From NCBI GenBank assembly GCA_973895155.1, contig OZ316891.1, positions 23,869,899 to 23,933,898 on the forward strand: DNA of 64,000 bases, read 5' to 3'. The stretch's first letter is position 1. Every line of letters begins with the position of its first letter. This document shows positions 47,420 through 60,800 of this stretch, one piece after another. The notes below the pieces were generated by a model, which made no database searches, was not told the DNA's origin, and saw only the letters and a program-made list of their open reading frames with translations. The translations under genes and the position numbers were made by a program. This DNA comes from Marsupella aquatica. Taxonomy: Eukaryota > Plantae > Marchantiophyta.

Positions 47420-48870
47420 ACACTTAGCTCCGGCGTCGTTGACTCCGACGCTGAGCTCCCTTATGGTCCAGGCCCAGATAGGCCATTCGGGGAGGACTTA
47501 GCATGGGGAGACTTGTGGGCATTGGGAAGTGGCACTGGCGAAGGCAAGGCGCCAAGCTGGTGACACTCACTAAGGACCTTGGCTAGCTGGGAGCTGGTCG
47601 GGTCACGGGGGATATGAGCTGGGCTCAAGGTCGACCATCCGGACCCCCGGACGGACTTTGAGTTCTGAGGGCTTGAGTGTGAGCTCCGCGTGGGCCCAAG
47701 GCCAATGGAGTTGACTCCATGGGCAACGGACACTTGGGGCGCAAGTTATGGCTCGATCCGGGTTGGGCCGATCGGGGCCCTGAGCGGCGATGAGACCTGA
47801 GGACCTAGGCATGAGCACTGGGTCGGCCCGGTCACAACGGGCTAAGGCACTCCATTTGCGGATGCCTAACAAGAGAGTTATAGGCGTTGCCAGTTCATGG
47901 CGCGCCCGTTATGCGAAATAGGATTCTAGTTGTATGCCAAATATTGAGGACCAAAGCTGGTCCGGGGGTGGCAGGTCTCCAGAAGCATATATGAGAGGAG
48001 TGGTGTCTCCCTGGGGGCCAAGGGCGAGCCCAAGTCGTGAGCCGCGGTGGTCGCGACACCAAGGGAAGACGCCAAACAAAAATGACGATATCTTCCCGTT
48101 GGAGGACTTCTTGGGTGCGTTGGAAAGCTCTCGAGGAGGGCTACGTCCTCCTGAGCTCAGCTGGGTCTGGAGGTGCCATGGTTTCTCGTGGGAAGTGGGT
48201 GTTAGCTCGCCCACTTGCCAAATCCCGTCGAACAGCAGCCAAGCCGCGTTCAGTCTCCCAAGGGAGCTTGCGTTGGGGAGGCAAGGCCAAGTAGGTGGGA
48301 GGGTGAGTCCCAAGGGTGCTTGGCCCTAGACCATCAATGGGGCGAACCGGGAGTTGGTTGCTAGAGCCGGGGCCATTCTGGTCCCGGCATATTGAGACAA
48401 GCTTTGGGGACAAGCTACGCTTATTTGGGGGCCATGAGCATGTCTTGAGGTCAAGGCGGTCAGTTGGTGATGGATAAGTACGAGGGGGAACCCGGGCCGC
48501 GCCCAAGGAAGGAGTTGTTCTGGACAAAAAATGGGCGTGGGTTCTGGTTCCGGCTTATGGCGTCGGGAGGACCTATCGCTGACCTATTACCAACGTCTGT
48601 TGAGCTTGAGTTAGGATGCTAGACTTGGCGAGTTCTAGATCCTGAGGGGTTACTTACCGAGGTGCTTGGTTGCTTGTGCAGATTGTGAGGACCGTTGAGT
48701 AACGGTTGTGTTAGAGAGACCAAGTGCGGCTTTGTATGGGAGGGGCCGCTGGTGGTGCAAAGAGCACTACTTAGGTGCTTGCTCGTGGTATTCCGTGGAG
48801 GCGTTCGGGCACCAGAGGCACTTAGGTGTGGGTGCCGGGATTGGTGAGGGCGTTGGGTGGCAAGGTCCAC
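47420..48870 (-). mobile_element. GC-rich insertion, possibly a heavily decayed tyrosine-recombinase (DIRS-like) remnant
   Basis: AAWLLFDGIWQVGELTP resembles YR box I (F.GFLR.GEL). FRITGA near 47900-47920 resembles HSFRIGA. Boundaries approximate. Confidence 0.3.
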
Positions 48871-48904
48871 CACTATAACTCATTTGTTTGAAGGCACTCA
48901 GGTG

Positions 48905-49029
48905 CGGACTGGGACCATCCCAGTCCAAAACAAAACTAGACAATATGAGTGGAAATATTCTACTGAATGTGCATGAATCCATTTGGACTCAGACCATCCC
49001 AGTCCAACACAAAACTAGACAATATCAGT
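48905..49029. repeat. ~77-bp intronic minisatellite of the outer element, continues at 62290-62430
   Basis: GGACTGGGACCATCCCAGTCCAACACAAAACTAGAC.ATATCAGTGGAAATATTCTACTGAATGTGCATG units on both sides of the insertion. Confidence 0.85.
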
Positions 49030-49080
49030 ATCAGCCTATTTATTAAAAGTGTATTTTCTTTTGTTCACAAATCAGTCTTG

Positions 49081-49170
49081 AAATGTACACTTTCATGTCC
49101 CCAAATGTACACTTTAAGAAACCCAAATGTACACTTTTTGGTCCCTAAATGTACACTTTTTAGGCCAAAT
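49081..49170. repeat. Left subterminal AAATGTACACTTT repeats (4 copies)
   Basis: Direct repeats at ~22-bp spacing. Confidence 0.85.
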
Positions 49171-49434
49171 CATATTAGTATTATATTAATAAATAATACA
49201 TATTATATCATTTATTGATTCACAAAGAATAATAGGATAGAGATCATTATTTATTAATTCACAAAGAATAGTAGGATAGAGATCATACTTATAAAAACAT
49301 TTCGGCACAAAGAAACCCTTGAATATGTGTGAACAAAATGACATAACTCCAAATAGATTATAAAATAATATACAATTATCTCCAAATTTACAATGTCTTT
49401 CTTCTATCTAAGGGGCTTAACATGAGTTAGATCT

Positions 49435-50600
49435 CTAAACAAAGTGCTCCTTACAATGTGTATTTGAGCACGTGCCCCTGTCTCCTTTACTATCTACCCT
49501 AGTGTCACGGTTGCAAGTCCCTTTATCTTTAGGGAGCTGAAACTTGGTGGTGTTGTTCCTAATGGCTATAATCTCCCGCAAAAAGTGTATGGGATTTTCT
49601 CTATGTGGACCTGAATAGTCCCTTCCTACAAATGCTTTAGCAAGTGACGTGACAAGTGCATCATCAAGTTCTGCCTCAGGACGTAAACTACATATACGAT
49701 GCTTCACGTTCCAAGGAATCTCATTGCTATTGAGGTCCAACACACTATGCATAAACTGTGACTTCCAAATTTTTGTTGCACATCTCTTACTAAGTTGATC
49801 ATAAGTAATTTCATTTTTTACCTTGTCTCTCTTTATGTGCAATAGAGACCACAGTGGAGAGTTAAGAAGAAGATAACATCTAATGTCACTTGCATGGGAT
49901 AGTTTCTCAAGACAAGGCCAAAGAATTGTTAGAAGAAAATTATCTCCACCATTGGCATGCGTGTAGGGCACTGGAAATAGTCCGGTCATGCTTGGGTTGG
50001 CAAATGCCTTAAGGGGGGAGTCATCCACAAGGAGGGTGTTGGTTTCATCATATAGATTTCCAAATCCACTCCATACCACCCGAAAATCCTTCAGTAGCAC
50101 ATTTGCCTTTCCGTTTGTAATGTCACGCCTTTGAATGCCTGTGTCAAAGGCTTCCACCTGTGTGAATACAAACTTAAGTTTCAACCGCTCCTCAGCAGTG
50201 AACATCATGTTCAGCATTTTCACTGTTCGATGTACCCCAGCACATGTCCAAATTGCAACGTCAAATCGGTCAAAAACTAACTTTAGAAACTCATGGAGCC
50301 CTGGCCTTTCTGTGTACATGCGACTAATTCCATTTTTTCTATCCCAATGCACTCCAGTTGGGGTCACAACATTTCTGGATTTGCCCTTGCTTTGGAATTC
50401 AACTGAATCCCAAAGTATTTTGTTAAGATCCAAAATCAGCAATTTGCGCTTGATGGAACAAAGTCTTGGTTCTGCAAGTGCAACAAATACCAATCTTAGA
50501 GAAAAAACCACATTTGAAGTTTGGATAGAGATCATCTCTGTCAACCCAACACAAGTGGCCAACCACAAAGAAAATATATCTGCATACTGATCGTATTCAT
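49435..50600 (-). CDS. FCP1/NIF-like HAD phosphatase-family protein (~349 aa if intron 50472-50587 is spliced)
   Basis: LLILDLNKIL, RPGLHEFL, VAIWT, LLKDF, NTLLVDDSPLKA motifs. Phase-compatible GT/AG with a 13-nt first exon (tentative). Confidence 0.8.
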
Positions 50601-50723
50601 TGAGAAACCGTAAAGAGGAGATGGATATTGATACTGATGCTCTAATTGTTAAACTTGAAGTATAATTATACAGACTATATTATATCAAATTGATAAGGTC
50701 ACATCGCTCAATCTAGACCTTGG

Positions 50724-53700
50724 CTAACAATGCGATCCATATTCATCAATCAAGATATCATCACCGAGCTCTTGTTGGATCTCATAATTGACATCGGAGG
50801 TACTCTCCTCTATCCAATAAGGTGCAGACCAAACCGGAGTTATCAATCCCAATTCTCCACTTCTATAAGTTGGATCTTTCTTGTGCTTTTTGTACGAGTC
50901 ATTGTTCAAAATTGATTGAGCAGCATCCAATGCAACTTCAGTTCCTACATCGGGTCCACTTTTCCACACGTAACATCGACAATCATATTCAAGTGACTTA
51001 TATCCAGTTGATCCTACTCTCTTCCCTTTCTTTTTTGAGAGGGGGAGGATAACGGGACTTCTTGATTGTGATCGAACAAACACCAATTTGTCATCAGAAG
51101 TGGAAAAGAGTGTATCGGGACAAATTGAAGCACCTGCCTGGTTGTCAGCAGTCGTGGATGCACTTGCTTCATTCACGGGAATGTCAGCTATTTGGATGGG
51201 CTGCGGTCTCAATCCCAATTTGTCGAGTTCATTGGACTCACCATGCCTCTCCGCACCTTGATTGAGAAGGTTGTTTGAAGACAGTTTTTCAAATGTATCA
51301 GCTTCCATCTCTTGTCCAGGCAATTGTGGATGGAGACCATCTCTATCCAAGTTATCATCATACTGGCCCTCGTTGGGTCCCATGGGGGCAACATCTGTAA
51401 TTGGTGAACTGCAAGGTGCAGATCCAACAATCATATCGTCTTCCACAAGGTCAATATTTTCACCCTCGCCAACTCGGTCATCCAAATTCTTCACGTATGC
51501 CTCCTCCGATGGCCCATCGTCTTTGACTGATTGGTCAGCTCCATCTTCTTGATCACCATCTGATTCATCATCAATAGCAACAGCGGCAGAAGAGGGTTCC
51601 CAATGTCTAGAACTTCCACCGACATAGCGATCATAACGATCTTTGATGGTGGGAACCTTCTCACAAAGGAACGAAGCATATGCTTCCACAAAATGTCTCT
51701 CATGTTGAGAGTCACAATAAACAAAACATTCACGTTGAGAAAAAAGGGATGCCTTCATCACTTGACCGCCAGAGAAAAAGTCAAGAATCAAATCCCCCGG
51801 CTCGGACAGTGTTTGGATGATCTTTTGGATCATCCGTGTGGGTTTGGCGTGAGGATTCACCCACCCACCCCGAGCGCCGACCGTCTCAAATCGAGGTGCC
51901 ATGTGCAGAAGTATTGCCGCCTCTTCTGGGGTCATCATATTTCTTAGATCTTCATGTAATGACTCCTCGTCCGCGCCCTTTGCCTTTCCCTTTCCCTTGA
52001 CCTTCTCAACCACAAAATCAGTATCCTTTTCACCGTACACCCATTTTGGCTTCATCTGGTTGGGCTTGAACACTTCATCCCAGCTGACGTTCTCTTCGCG
52101 AGAAATTCCCGTAAAGATAACTTCTTCTATTCCTCCCTTCCAACATGAGTCGTGAGGGTGAGGTTGATCATCTCGGTAATAACTCCCATACTCAATGTGA
52201 ATAGTCAGAGTTTTTGAATGTCCTAATTTACGAAGAGCGCTTAGGACATTCAGTACAAGGTAACCCGGATGGACAGTTATCATCACAACAATGGTGGGAT
52301 TCCGTGGTAGCTCTACTATGTATTGGAAGAGTACCAAAATCTCTGCTTCGGTCCACTCCTTCTGTTGAAGTCGGCTGAAATCAACAATTGCAAGAGGGCA
52401 TGTTGGAGATTGTTCTTCCAACGACTCCGGATCGACTGTCTTCATTAGGTTGTTACTAAAAAATGTGACCCACGGTTGGGTCCGAGAACTTGTCCCCCCG
52501 CCAAACTTCTGATAGTAAATATCATCTAGACGCATCACCAATGTCATTGGCAATATCTCACTCTCCTTTGTATGATTAGACTTCAATAAATTTGTCAACC
52601 ATACTTCACCAGCCGCTCTTCGGCACCTGTTCAACTCCGACTTGGCACCTAACAATGGGAGGACCTCAATTACTTTAACCCAATCACTATCTGCTGGGAA
52701 GTTTTTCGGATCCTTCTTGAAGTAGTAATCTCCAATAAGAGACTTCAGTTTGATCAATATCTTCACCTCCTTTGCAAAGTCCTCCATTGCTGGAACATCT
52801 GACTTATTTGTCGGATCCTTCTTCAATAAAACCTGACCTGACTTCACCTTGTTCAAAATTCTGGTCAAATCTCTACTTGATATTTCACCATCAAAACAAC
52901 GAAACATTGCGACCGTTATACCCTTTTCGGACCTTTTGTTTCCCTGTGTACCAGCTCCATCAGGAAGATGTCCATCAATCCACATCTGGCACACTAACCG
53001 CCAGAGCTCGAAAAGATCATTCTCGGCAAAGAGCAACCAATATACATTTTTCAAGTCTTTTCTCCCCATGGTCATCCTTGCCAATGCCAAATAATCCTAC
53101 AGTCAAAATTAGGGGAAAATAAGTTATCTACAATCAATGAGATTTGACAACAAACTATCACTTGCTTGTTGGACAGAGACCATCTCCATCCAAGTCATAA
53201 CTAAAAGTAAAAGGAAGAGAAATCTCTGGAATGGACGATGACACTCTTGGACAGAGATCATCTCCATCCAAGTCATAACCAAAAGTAAAAGGAAGAGAAA
53301 TCTTTGGAATGGACGATGACACTCTTGGACAGAGATCATCTCCATCCAAGTCATAACCAAAAGTAGAAGGAAGAGAAATCTCTAGAATGGACGATCACAC
53401 TCTTGGACAGAGACCATCTCCATCCAAGTCATAACCAAAAGTAGAAGGAAGAGAAATCTCTAGAATGGACGATCATACTCTTGGACAGAGACAATCTCCA
53501 TCCAAGTCATAACCAGAAATATATTGAGCTAAAATCAATGTAACGGACGGTCACACTCTTGGACAGAGACCATCTCTGTCCAAACAAGAAAAGTGTTTCT
53601 CACCTGAAATTTTTGATTCTCTTGGGCGTTTGACTTGTTGTCCCCGTGCTTTGGCTTTCTTGGTCCTCCGCATTCAAGGAATTGTTTCCTTGCATGAACA

Positions 53701-55984
53701 ATTGTATCTTTGAAGCACGATTGAAACACCATCGTCGAATTGATGGCATTTGATCTCATTGAGTGCTCAACCAATATAGCCGATGGTGTAAGGTCTGACA
53801 ATAATCTAGACTTCCTGTATTTTAACTTTTTTGCCAACACTGTGAGCTTGGCATCAGTTTTGGCCCATTCGAGAACCCACTTGGCCGCCCTAGCCGAATG
53901 TTGCCCACTGATGGCAAAGAAACCAATCTCGCCTTTCTTCACTCCTGCAAGAAAGTCTTTGCGGTCGTTCTCCGTGCTGTCAAAATGGAGCAACTTTCTA
54001 AGCTTCAGACTATAAGGAAGCAGGTCCGCGACGTGAGGTTCATGTCCGGGGTTTTTGACCATGGATTCGGCTATGTGCTTCACATGGGTACTACTGAGCA
54101 TCTTGTAACATAATCTTGCAGGTGCAGGCACAATTTTCTCCACTGGAATAGAAAACAGTTCATTTATCCCAAAAGTATAGTACTGCTCTATTCTCTGGAG
54201 AACATCATTTCCTTCTAAGACCTTCTTCTCCTTAGGGGCATCAAGTTTGTCTCCCTCATCTTCTGGGAGCATCTGTACGTCCGCAGGGGTTGACCACAAA
54301 AGAGACTTGTCAGTTTTCTGTTTCTTCGCTACTGGCTTCTTCTCGGGTTCCTTCGGCAATGTCTCAATTTTCTCGCGACCCTTCCTCTCTCTTAGTCTTC
54401 GCTTCCCTACCACTTGTTTGGTGCTTGTCCCAGCCGTTGTTCCTGCAGTCCCTGTTGTTGTCTCCTGAGATATTTTTCTAGGTTTGGGAACTTCTTTGGG
54501 AACTTCTTTGTTAACAACTACTGGAAGCTCGTTCACCACTACTAGTGCAACATTTGTAGGCTTGGGTAATGATTCTACCCACTTTTTTGCATTGTCCATC
54601 GCAAACTCCTCTGCAAATGCAATTTGCTTGTCAAGGCAAACACCTGATTCCGAAGATAGGAATCCTGCCTTGTCAAGCAAATTATTTAAAATCCATGTCA
54701 CCGGAAATGTATAATTCCCTTGGTGTTTATGGATATTCAGCTTCACATATTGGAACCCATACATGATGTCAAGTGGGAGAATCCCCTTCACTCCAGCAAT
54801 CACCTTTTGAGTTGAATACGACTTAGGGAAAAAGCCCATTGCCATCACGCCAAGTTCTCCAGCAGCAGACCACTCTACATTGAACTCTGAAGAATACGCC
54901 TTTGATGGTAGATGTAGCTTAACCCATCGTATCCTTTCATGGAGCTCAAGAATGATGGAAACAAACCCTCTTCCTTCAATTCCAATGAAGACTACAGGTC
55001 CGAGTACAAGAGTCTCTTGATCTTCTGTTCTGACCTTTATGCACAAAATGGGATCCCGTCTCTCTGACGTGCTAAGGAAATCAAAATCAACTCTAGAGAA
55101 CTCAAGGCCCCAACGAAAATCTGGTTTTCCCTGCTCCAACAAGACTCCCTCGGAGCAATCTGATTCTGAAATTGCTGGTTTCAATCCATTTAGATCGCTC
55201 CCTACAATAGTCCCATCCATGCATATTAGTTTGGAAAATCATAATTTGTAATCGACAAAGATGAGGTTCTCTCACAGTTTGGACAGAGATGATCCCTATC
55301 CAATTGGACAGGGATGATCTCTATCCTCTACTTGGATAGGGATGATCTCTGTCCAATTCGTAACAAAGATAATCTTTGTTCGATCAAAGGATTCTGACAA
55401 TCTTTATTAGGAATTGGACAGGGATGATCTCTATCCTCTACTTGGATAGGGATGATCTCTATCCTCTACTTGGATAGAGATGATCTCTGTCCAATTCCTA
55501 ATAAAGATCATCTTTGTTCGATCAGAGGATACTGACGATCTTTATTAGGAATTGGACAGGGATCATCTCTATCCTCTACTTGGATAGGGATCATCTCTAT
55601 CTAATTCCAAATAAAGATCCTCAGCATCCTCTGATAGAACAGTTTCGATGCTTTGGTTGGACATCCTCTATCGTCATTTTGGAAATAGATGATTCCTATC
55701 CAATTGGACAGGGATGATCTCTGTCCTCAGTTTGGACATAGATCATCTCTATCCAATTCCTAATAATGATCACTATCTTCTACTTGGACTCTACTTGGAC
55801 AGGGATGATCTCTGTCCACTGCACAAATATTCAACTTGTTACCAAGATACTTACTTGGATTGAGCAATTGGAAGGCTCTAGAATCCTCGAGGGCCGTGTC
55901 TACCACATCCTCAATGGAGGAGAGGTCTATCTCCTCTGTTGGCTCAACGACCAAAGACACATGAATAGGTCTAGATGGATCCAT
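50724..55984 (-). CDS. Three-exon ~1366-aa protein with ParB/Srx-like domain and C-terminal DNA N4/N6-methyltransferase-like domain (exons 55984-55855, 55201-53604, 53096-50724)
   Basis: Donors GTAAGT and GTGAGA, acceptors TGTAG, all phase-compatible. ParB-like IPVEKI...HVKHIAESM...FFAISGQHS. MTase-like HAKPTRMIQKIIQTLSEPGDLILDFFSGG. Confidence 0.75.
53165..53583. repeat. 78-bp intronic minisatellite (~5 units), each with the TTGGACAGAGA-NNN-TCTC..TCCAA palindrome
   Basis: Period 78 (53241 to 53319). Perfect 11-bp arms at 53559-53583. Confidence 0.9.
55279..55820. repeat. Intronic cluster of the same ~25-bp palindrome
   Basis: More than ten TTGGA(C/T)AG(A/G)GATGATCTCT(G/A)TCC copies. Confidence 0.9.
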
Positions 55985-56866
55985 CTTGTGACACGTGGTC
56001 GTATGGACACGTGGAGGATCACAGAGCGTTAGATCTAGGGCAATTAACGTGGCAGCTAGGGCAGAAACTCTAGTGTGAAGGCGGAGGTGGAGTGGAGACT
56101 GGAAGCGAATGAGGCGGAGGAGCGGAGGAGCGGAGGTGCAGGAGCGGAGGAGCGAAGAAGAGGAGGAGGGAAGAAGAATGAGGCCCAAGTGGGACCTCTT
56201 GCCTCCTTTACCCCCCCCACACCAAGGCGAGGCAAGGCCGACTCAACACGTGGGAGGCCGAGCTGCAAACCCTAAATGCAAGGCTGCGTAAATTGTGCCG
56301 CCCGACTTGGTTGTGTGGCGTGGGTGACCTAATCCACTCGACCCTAAACTCCGCCGCTGCTTAAGGCTGATCACGCATCGCCTTATCCGTAAGAGCGATC
56401 TTGAATGGTATAAGATACTTGGGCTGCTCCGGCTGGTCCTCATTTGGTATTTTCATGTCTAGATTTTCATTCAGTGTCTCAACCAGGTCCGTTCATTACA
56501 GAGCCCCATTGAGCCACTCTTGTTTTCTAGACAGAACATCTAGTTTTAATTTCTTCCACACCCCTGAAGCATTTAGTTTACCAGCTTACTGAGAACTACC
56601 CCTTCAACAAAGTATTTTATTACTTGGTTTGACAACATAAACTAAGTGAGTTTTGTGTTCAAGAATCATTTCCATTACAGGTAACTTTCAACTTAATTAT
56701 AGAATATTCCATTGGTATCAAATTTAGGAATTGTATATCTAAGTTACTTAAGGTTGGGGTATCCAGCCCAACTCACGATTGGGATCATCTCAATCGAACC
56801 TTTCTTTGGTCAAACATTAAATTAGTGTGTAGAGGTTAATTGTCCGTACAAGGGTCTGTCCACCGT

Positions 56867-57810
56867 TTGGATAGGGATGACCTCTGTGCACCGTTTGGAT
56901 GGGGATGATCCCTGTCCAAAGTTTGGATGGGGACATCTGATCTCTGTCCACCGTTTGGATGGGGATGATCACTGTCCGGCTTTTGGATAGAGATGATCCC
57001 TGTCCACCATTTGGATAGGGATGATCCCTGTCCACCATTTGGATAGGGATGATCCTTGTCTGCCAATTGGATAGAGATGATCCCTGTCCACCATTTGGAT
57101 AGAGATGATCCCTGTCCACCATTTGGATAGGGATGATCCCTGTCCGCCATTTGGATAGAGATGATCCCTGTCCACCGTTTGGATAGCGATGATCCCTGTC
57201 CACCATTTGGATGGGGATGATCCCTGCCCGCCATTTGGATAGAGATGATCCCTGTCCACCGTTTGGATGGGGATGATCCTGTCCGGCTTTTGGATAGAGA
57301 TGATCCCTGTCCACCATTTGGATGGGGATGATCCCTGTCCGCCATTGGATAGGGATGATCCTTGTCCGTCGTTTGAGGTATTTGCTTTATGGGACCCCAA
57401 TATGAAAGGTTTTACTTTCAGATAGGACCGCTGAGTGATCCTAAGTGATCCGGACCTTGAATCATCCATGTCTATTGTTTGGACAGTGATAGACCCTATC
57501 CGCCATTTGGACAGGGATCAGCTGTGTCCGCCATTTGGACAATGACAGACCCTATCCACCGTTCTGATAGGGATCATCCCTGTCCGGATTTTGGATAGGG
57601 ATGATCCCTGTCCACCGTTTATAGGGATCATCTATGTCCATTGTTTGGACAGTGATAGAACCTATCTGCCGTCTGGACAGGGATCATCCCTACCGAACGT
57701 CTAAATAGGGATCAGAGATCAGGGATCTTAGGGCTAGATAAGGATTGTTTAGGGACCTATTATTTTGCTTGATGGGGATGATCCCTATTTGCGCACTGTC
57801 CTTGGATGGG
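56867..57810. repeat. 28-bp tandem palindrome array (~18 copies to 57370, more degenerate beyond)
   Basis: Unit TTGGATAGGGATGATCCCTGTCCACCAT. Lies between candidate donor CAG|GTAACT (56681) and acceptor TGCAG| (57877). Confidence 0.92.
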
Positions 57811-57894
57811 GTTCACACCTATCTGCTTCCTAGTTGGGACCATTGTTAACTAATACCTTACATTTCAAATTGTGCAGGTGAACACGTTGTAGGA

Positions 57895-60800
57895 ATGACC
57901 GGAATATTTTTGAGAGGAGACAATGTGATATTGACAATTGGTGGTTACGATGTTGCAAGCGGGACAGTTCAAAAAATCAACCCGCAAGATAGTGTTCAAA
58001 AGATATTGTTGAGAGAGAATCGAATGGGCGTTCTCATTGAGAAAGTTTTTGACCGAACCACAAAACTACCATTTCCAATGCCTCGGGCAGAAAACCTTTT
58101 TGATGCCATTGATTCTTGCGTTATTTGGGATTTGTCTTGCGCATATCTATCAACGATAACAAATTCTCAAAAACGCATTAGTGTAGGTAGTTGTTCAAAT
58201 CGACCGGAGAGTAATTTGGAAAAAAATCCAATTGTAGAGGAGGACTCATCGACCACTCTAAGGCAAGGGGATGAGGTTGAAATGTTCATCTTTGGGTGTT
58301 GTGTAGCCCTTGGAGTTGTTTTCAATACAAATCCAATGGAAAGATGTCACAACATTTTACTTGGTGAATCACGGATCAGTGTGAGGGTCACTGATGTCAT
58401 TCATGGGAGTAGGGTTTTACCTTACAAACACAGCGGGGCTGAAACAATTGACGAAGCAAAAGACTCATGGGTTCTCTGGGATGTGGCAGATGTCCGAAGT
58501 AGAAAGAGTTTCTCAAAGAAGGATGCGGGCGATGATATCAACATAGAGCGGAGTTTTGTTGCGGAGTCTCCCTCAGCTGAAATTTCTAAAACTAATTGTG
58601 ACTATTTCCAACGGTCAAATTGGATGTTAGAGTTGGTCGAACTATACATCGGTTCAGATCGAACCAATAGGGTTGCCACGGGGACCATCACTGTGCCTCA
58701 AGAAACGGCGGTGGTTGACGATGAAATCCTTGGTGAGGACCATGTAGGGATTGCTGTGAAAGATGTGGTGGAATCACAATACTTTCCCAATTTCCATAGG
58801 GGAGTAATTACTTTGGTTCGGTGGCGGATTGATTCAACAAAACTACTTGCAAACGGGAAATTTTTGTCGGACATTTTGGTTGAAGGTTCAGAGAGGATGG
58901 AGACGGTGGATAGGGATGATCTCTATCCAAATGTAAATGATAGGGGAATGCCGCGCACAAGGCCATACAATTTCAACAAGAGGACTCATGTAGATCCGAT
59001 TGAAAGAAGAGAAGGTTGTTGGAAACCAAAGCAGTTTCAAAAACAACGGAAGCTTCGATTGATGAAATTAAAAGAGAGAATTGTTGCAAGCAGAAATGTT
59101 GTCTGACTATGCCAAGAGAAGACATAGAAGATATCCGGATAGAATTTCACGGGATGTCTAGCGAGTCAAAAACATCACACATTTTCAACCTCTTCCACTA
59201 CAGAGAAGATGATGTTCGTGATAAGGGGCACCATGTTCTCAAGGGTATGATCGTATGTAGACATGCATTTGCAATCATCCATGGCTTTAGTCACACGAAA
59301 TATTATGATTACAAAAGGAGATATGTGGAGGGTTGCAAAATTGGGTTCCATGGAAACACGGGCTCCATGAAAACAAGGTCAAATACCTTGCATGCACGAG
59401 CTCTGTTGGAGGATTTTTTGACTCAAAATGCAGAGCCCATGCCTCATATACCTTATGCTGGGGCTCATGGGACAGACTCCATTGAGTATCGTCTTCCAGC
59501 ATGTTATAAGAAGTTGGAGATTTTGGAAGATGTGAGAACAAAGATGAAGGAAGAGGGGCTTCCTCCAGTTACAGAGAATACTCTGTACAAGATTTGGAGC
59601 AAATCATTCGCAAACTTCAGTTTCCATAAAGATGGTGCATTTGCCAAGTGTACTCTTTGTTGTGAATACAAAGATAGTTTGATGCGAGAAAGAAGGAAAA
59701 AAGAGCGTGCTGAAATTGAAGAAAAACGAGTGCAACATCTTCGTGAGCAGATGTCACGTAGATATGTTTACTATGCTCATCGAGTGATGGCTAAGCAACA
59801 TCCAGGGGAATATCTTTGCATCATTCACGACAAGATGGATCAAGCAAAGACATGGATTCCAAAAATGGTCAGTACTCCTAAATCGCTTTCGGGTCATGGG
59901 ATGCCACTACCTATTGCTCTCACAGGGATGTTGACCCACGGAAGGGATCCAGGAGTCTATGCACACTTTAGTGTCATTGGCCTTTGGCCAGGAGATGCTG
60001 ATTTCACGGTGACATCCTTGGCTAAGTGTCTTCGAGACCTTGAAGAGTACAATGGAGACAAGACAGGTGACATGTTGGATGGCCTTTATTTGGAACCTCA
60101 TAGACCTTTCTTTCAAGCCCTTCTTGACTTTGATGCATTTTTTAAGGGATATTTGGAACCAAAGAGTATTCCAATGAATAGGTATATTGGTTCTGAAGAT
60201 GCAGCCGAGAGTCAGACGGAGACGGTCTCCACCCAACATGGTGAGGATCAAGGAGGGGACATGCATGGGGAACAAGGCAGTCCATCTTTCAAGCCCTTGC
60301 CAAGGCACCTAACACTGCAAATGGATAACTCAGCAAAGGATAACAAAAACCAGACTGTCATGGCATTTTGTAGTGAGCTTGTGAGTAGAGGAGTATTTGA
60401 AACTGTTCAAATGTCTTTTCTAATGGTTGGTCATACACACAAAGATGTTGATGCACTCTTTTCGAAGGTATCATATCAAGTTCAGCACAAGGAAGTTGCA
60501 ACTCTCCTTGCTCTTATGGTAGAGGTTTGGGAATGTGAGAGCATTCATCCAGTTCCCAGATTGATACAAGAAGTTGCATCTTACAAAGAATATCTTCAAA
60601 CTTTCAAAGTTAAAGATATTCAAGGTCACTCAAAACCCGTATCATTTCTTTTCTCTATGAGAGATAATGTACCAATATTTCAGTATAAGTCCCATGTAAA
60701 GCAAGCTTGGGCTCCAGTTGGAGGAAGGTGCATTTGGGCAATAGATCTGACAACAAATTCTCTTCTTTTACCTAGTGGAGAGCCCTTAGCTAAATTCATT

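Noticed and set aside
56817-57469. 166-169-aa repetitive ORFs on the minus strand
   Set aside because: Open in all three frames because of the 28-bp repeat, so an artefact. Same for 53124-53360.
56867-57810. CRISPR-like array of palindromic repeats
   Set aside because: Repeats are contiguous with only 3-4-nt linkers, with no unique spacers and no cas genes. The context is a eukaryotic intron.
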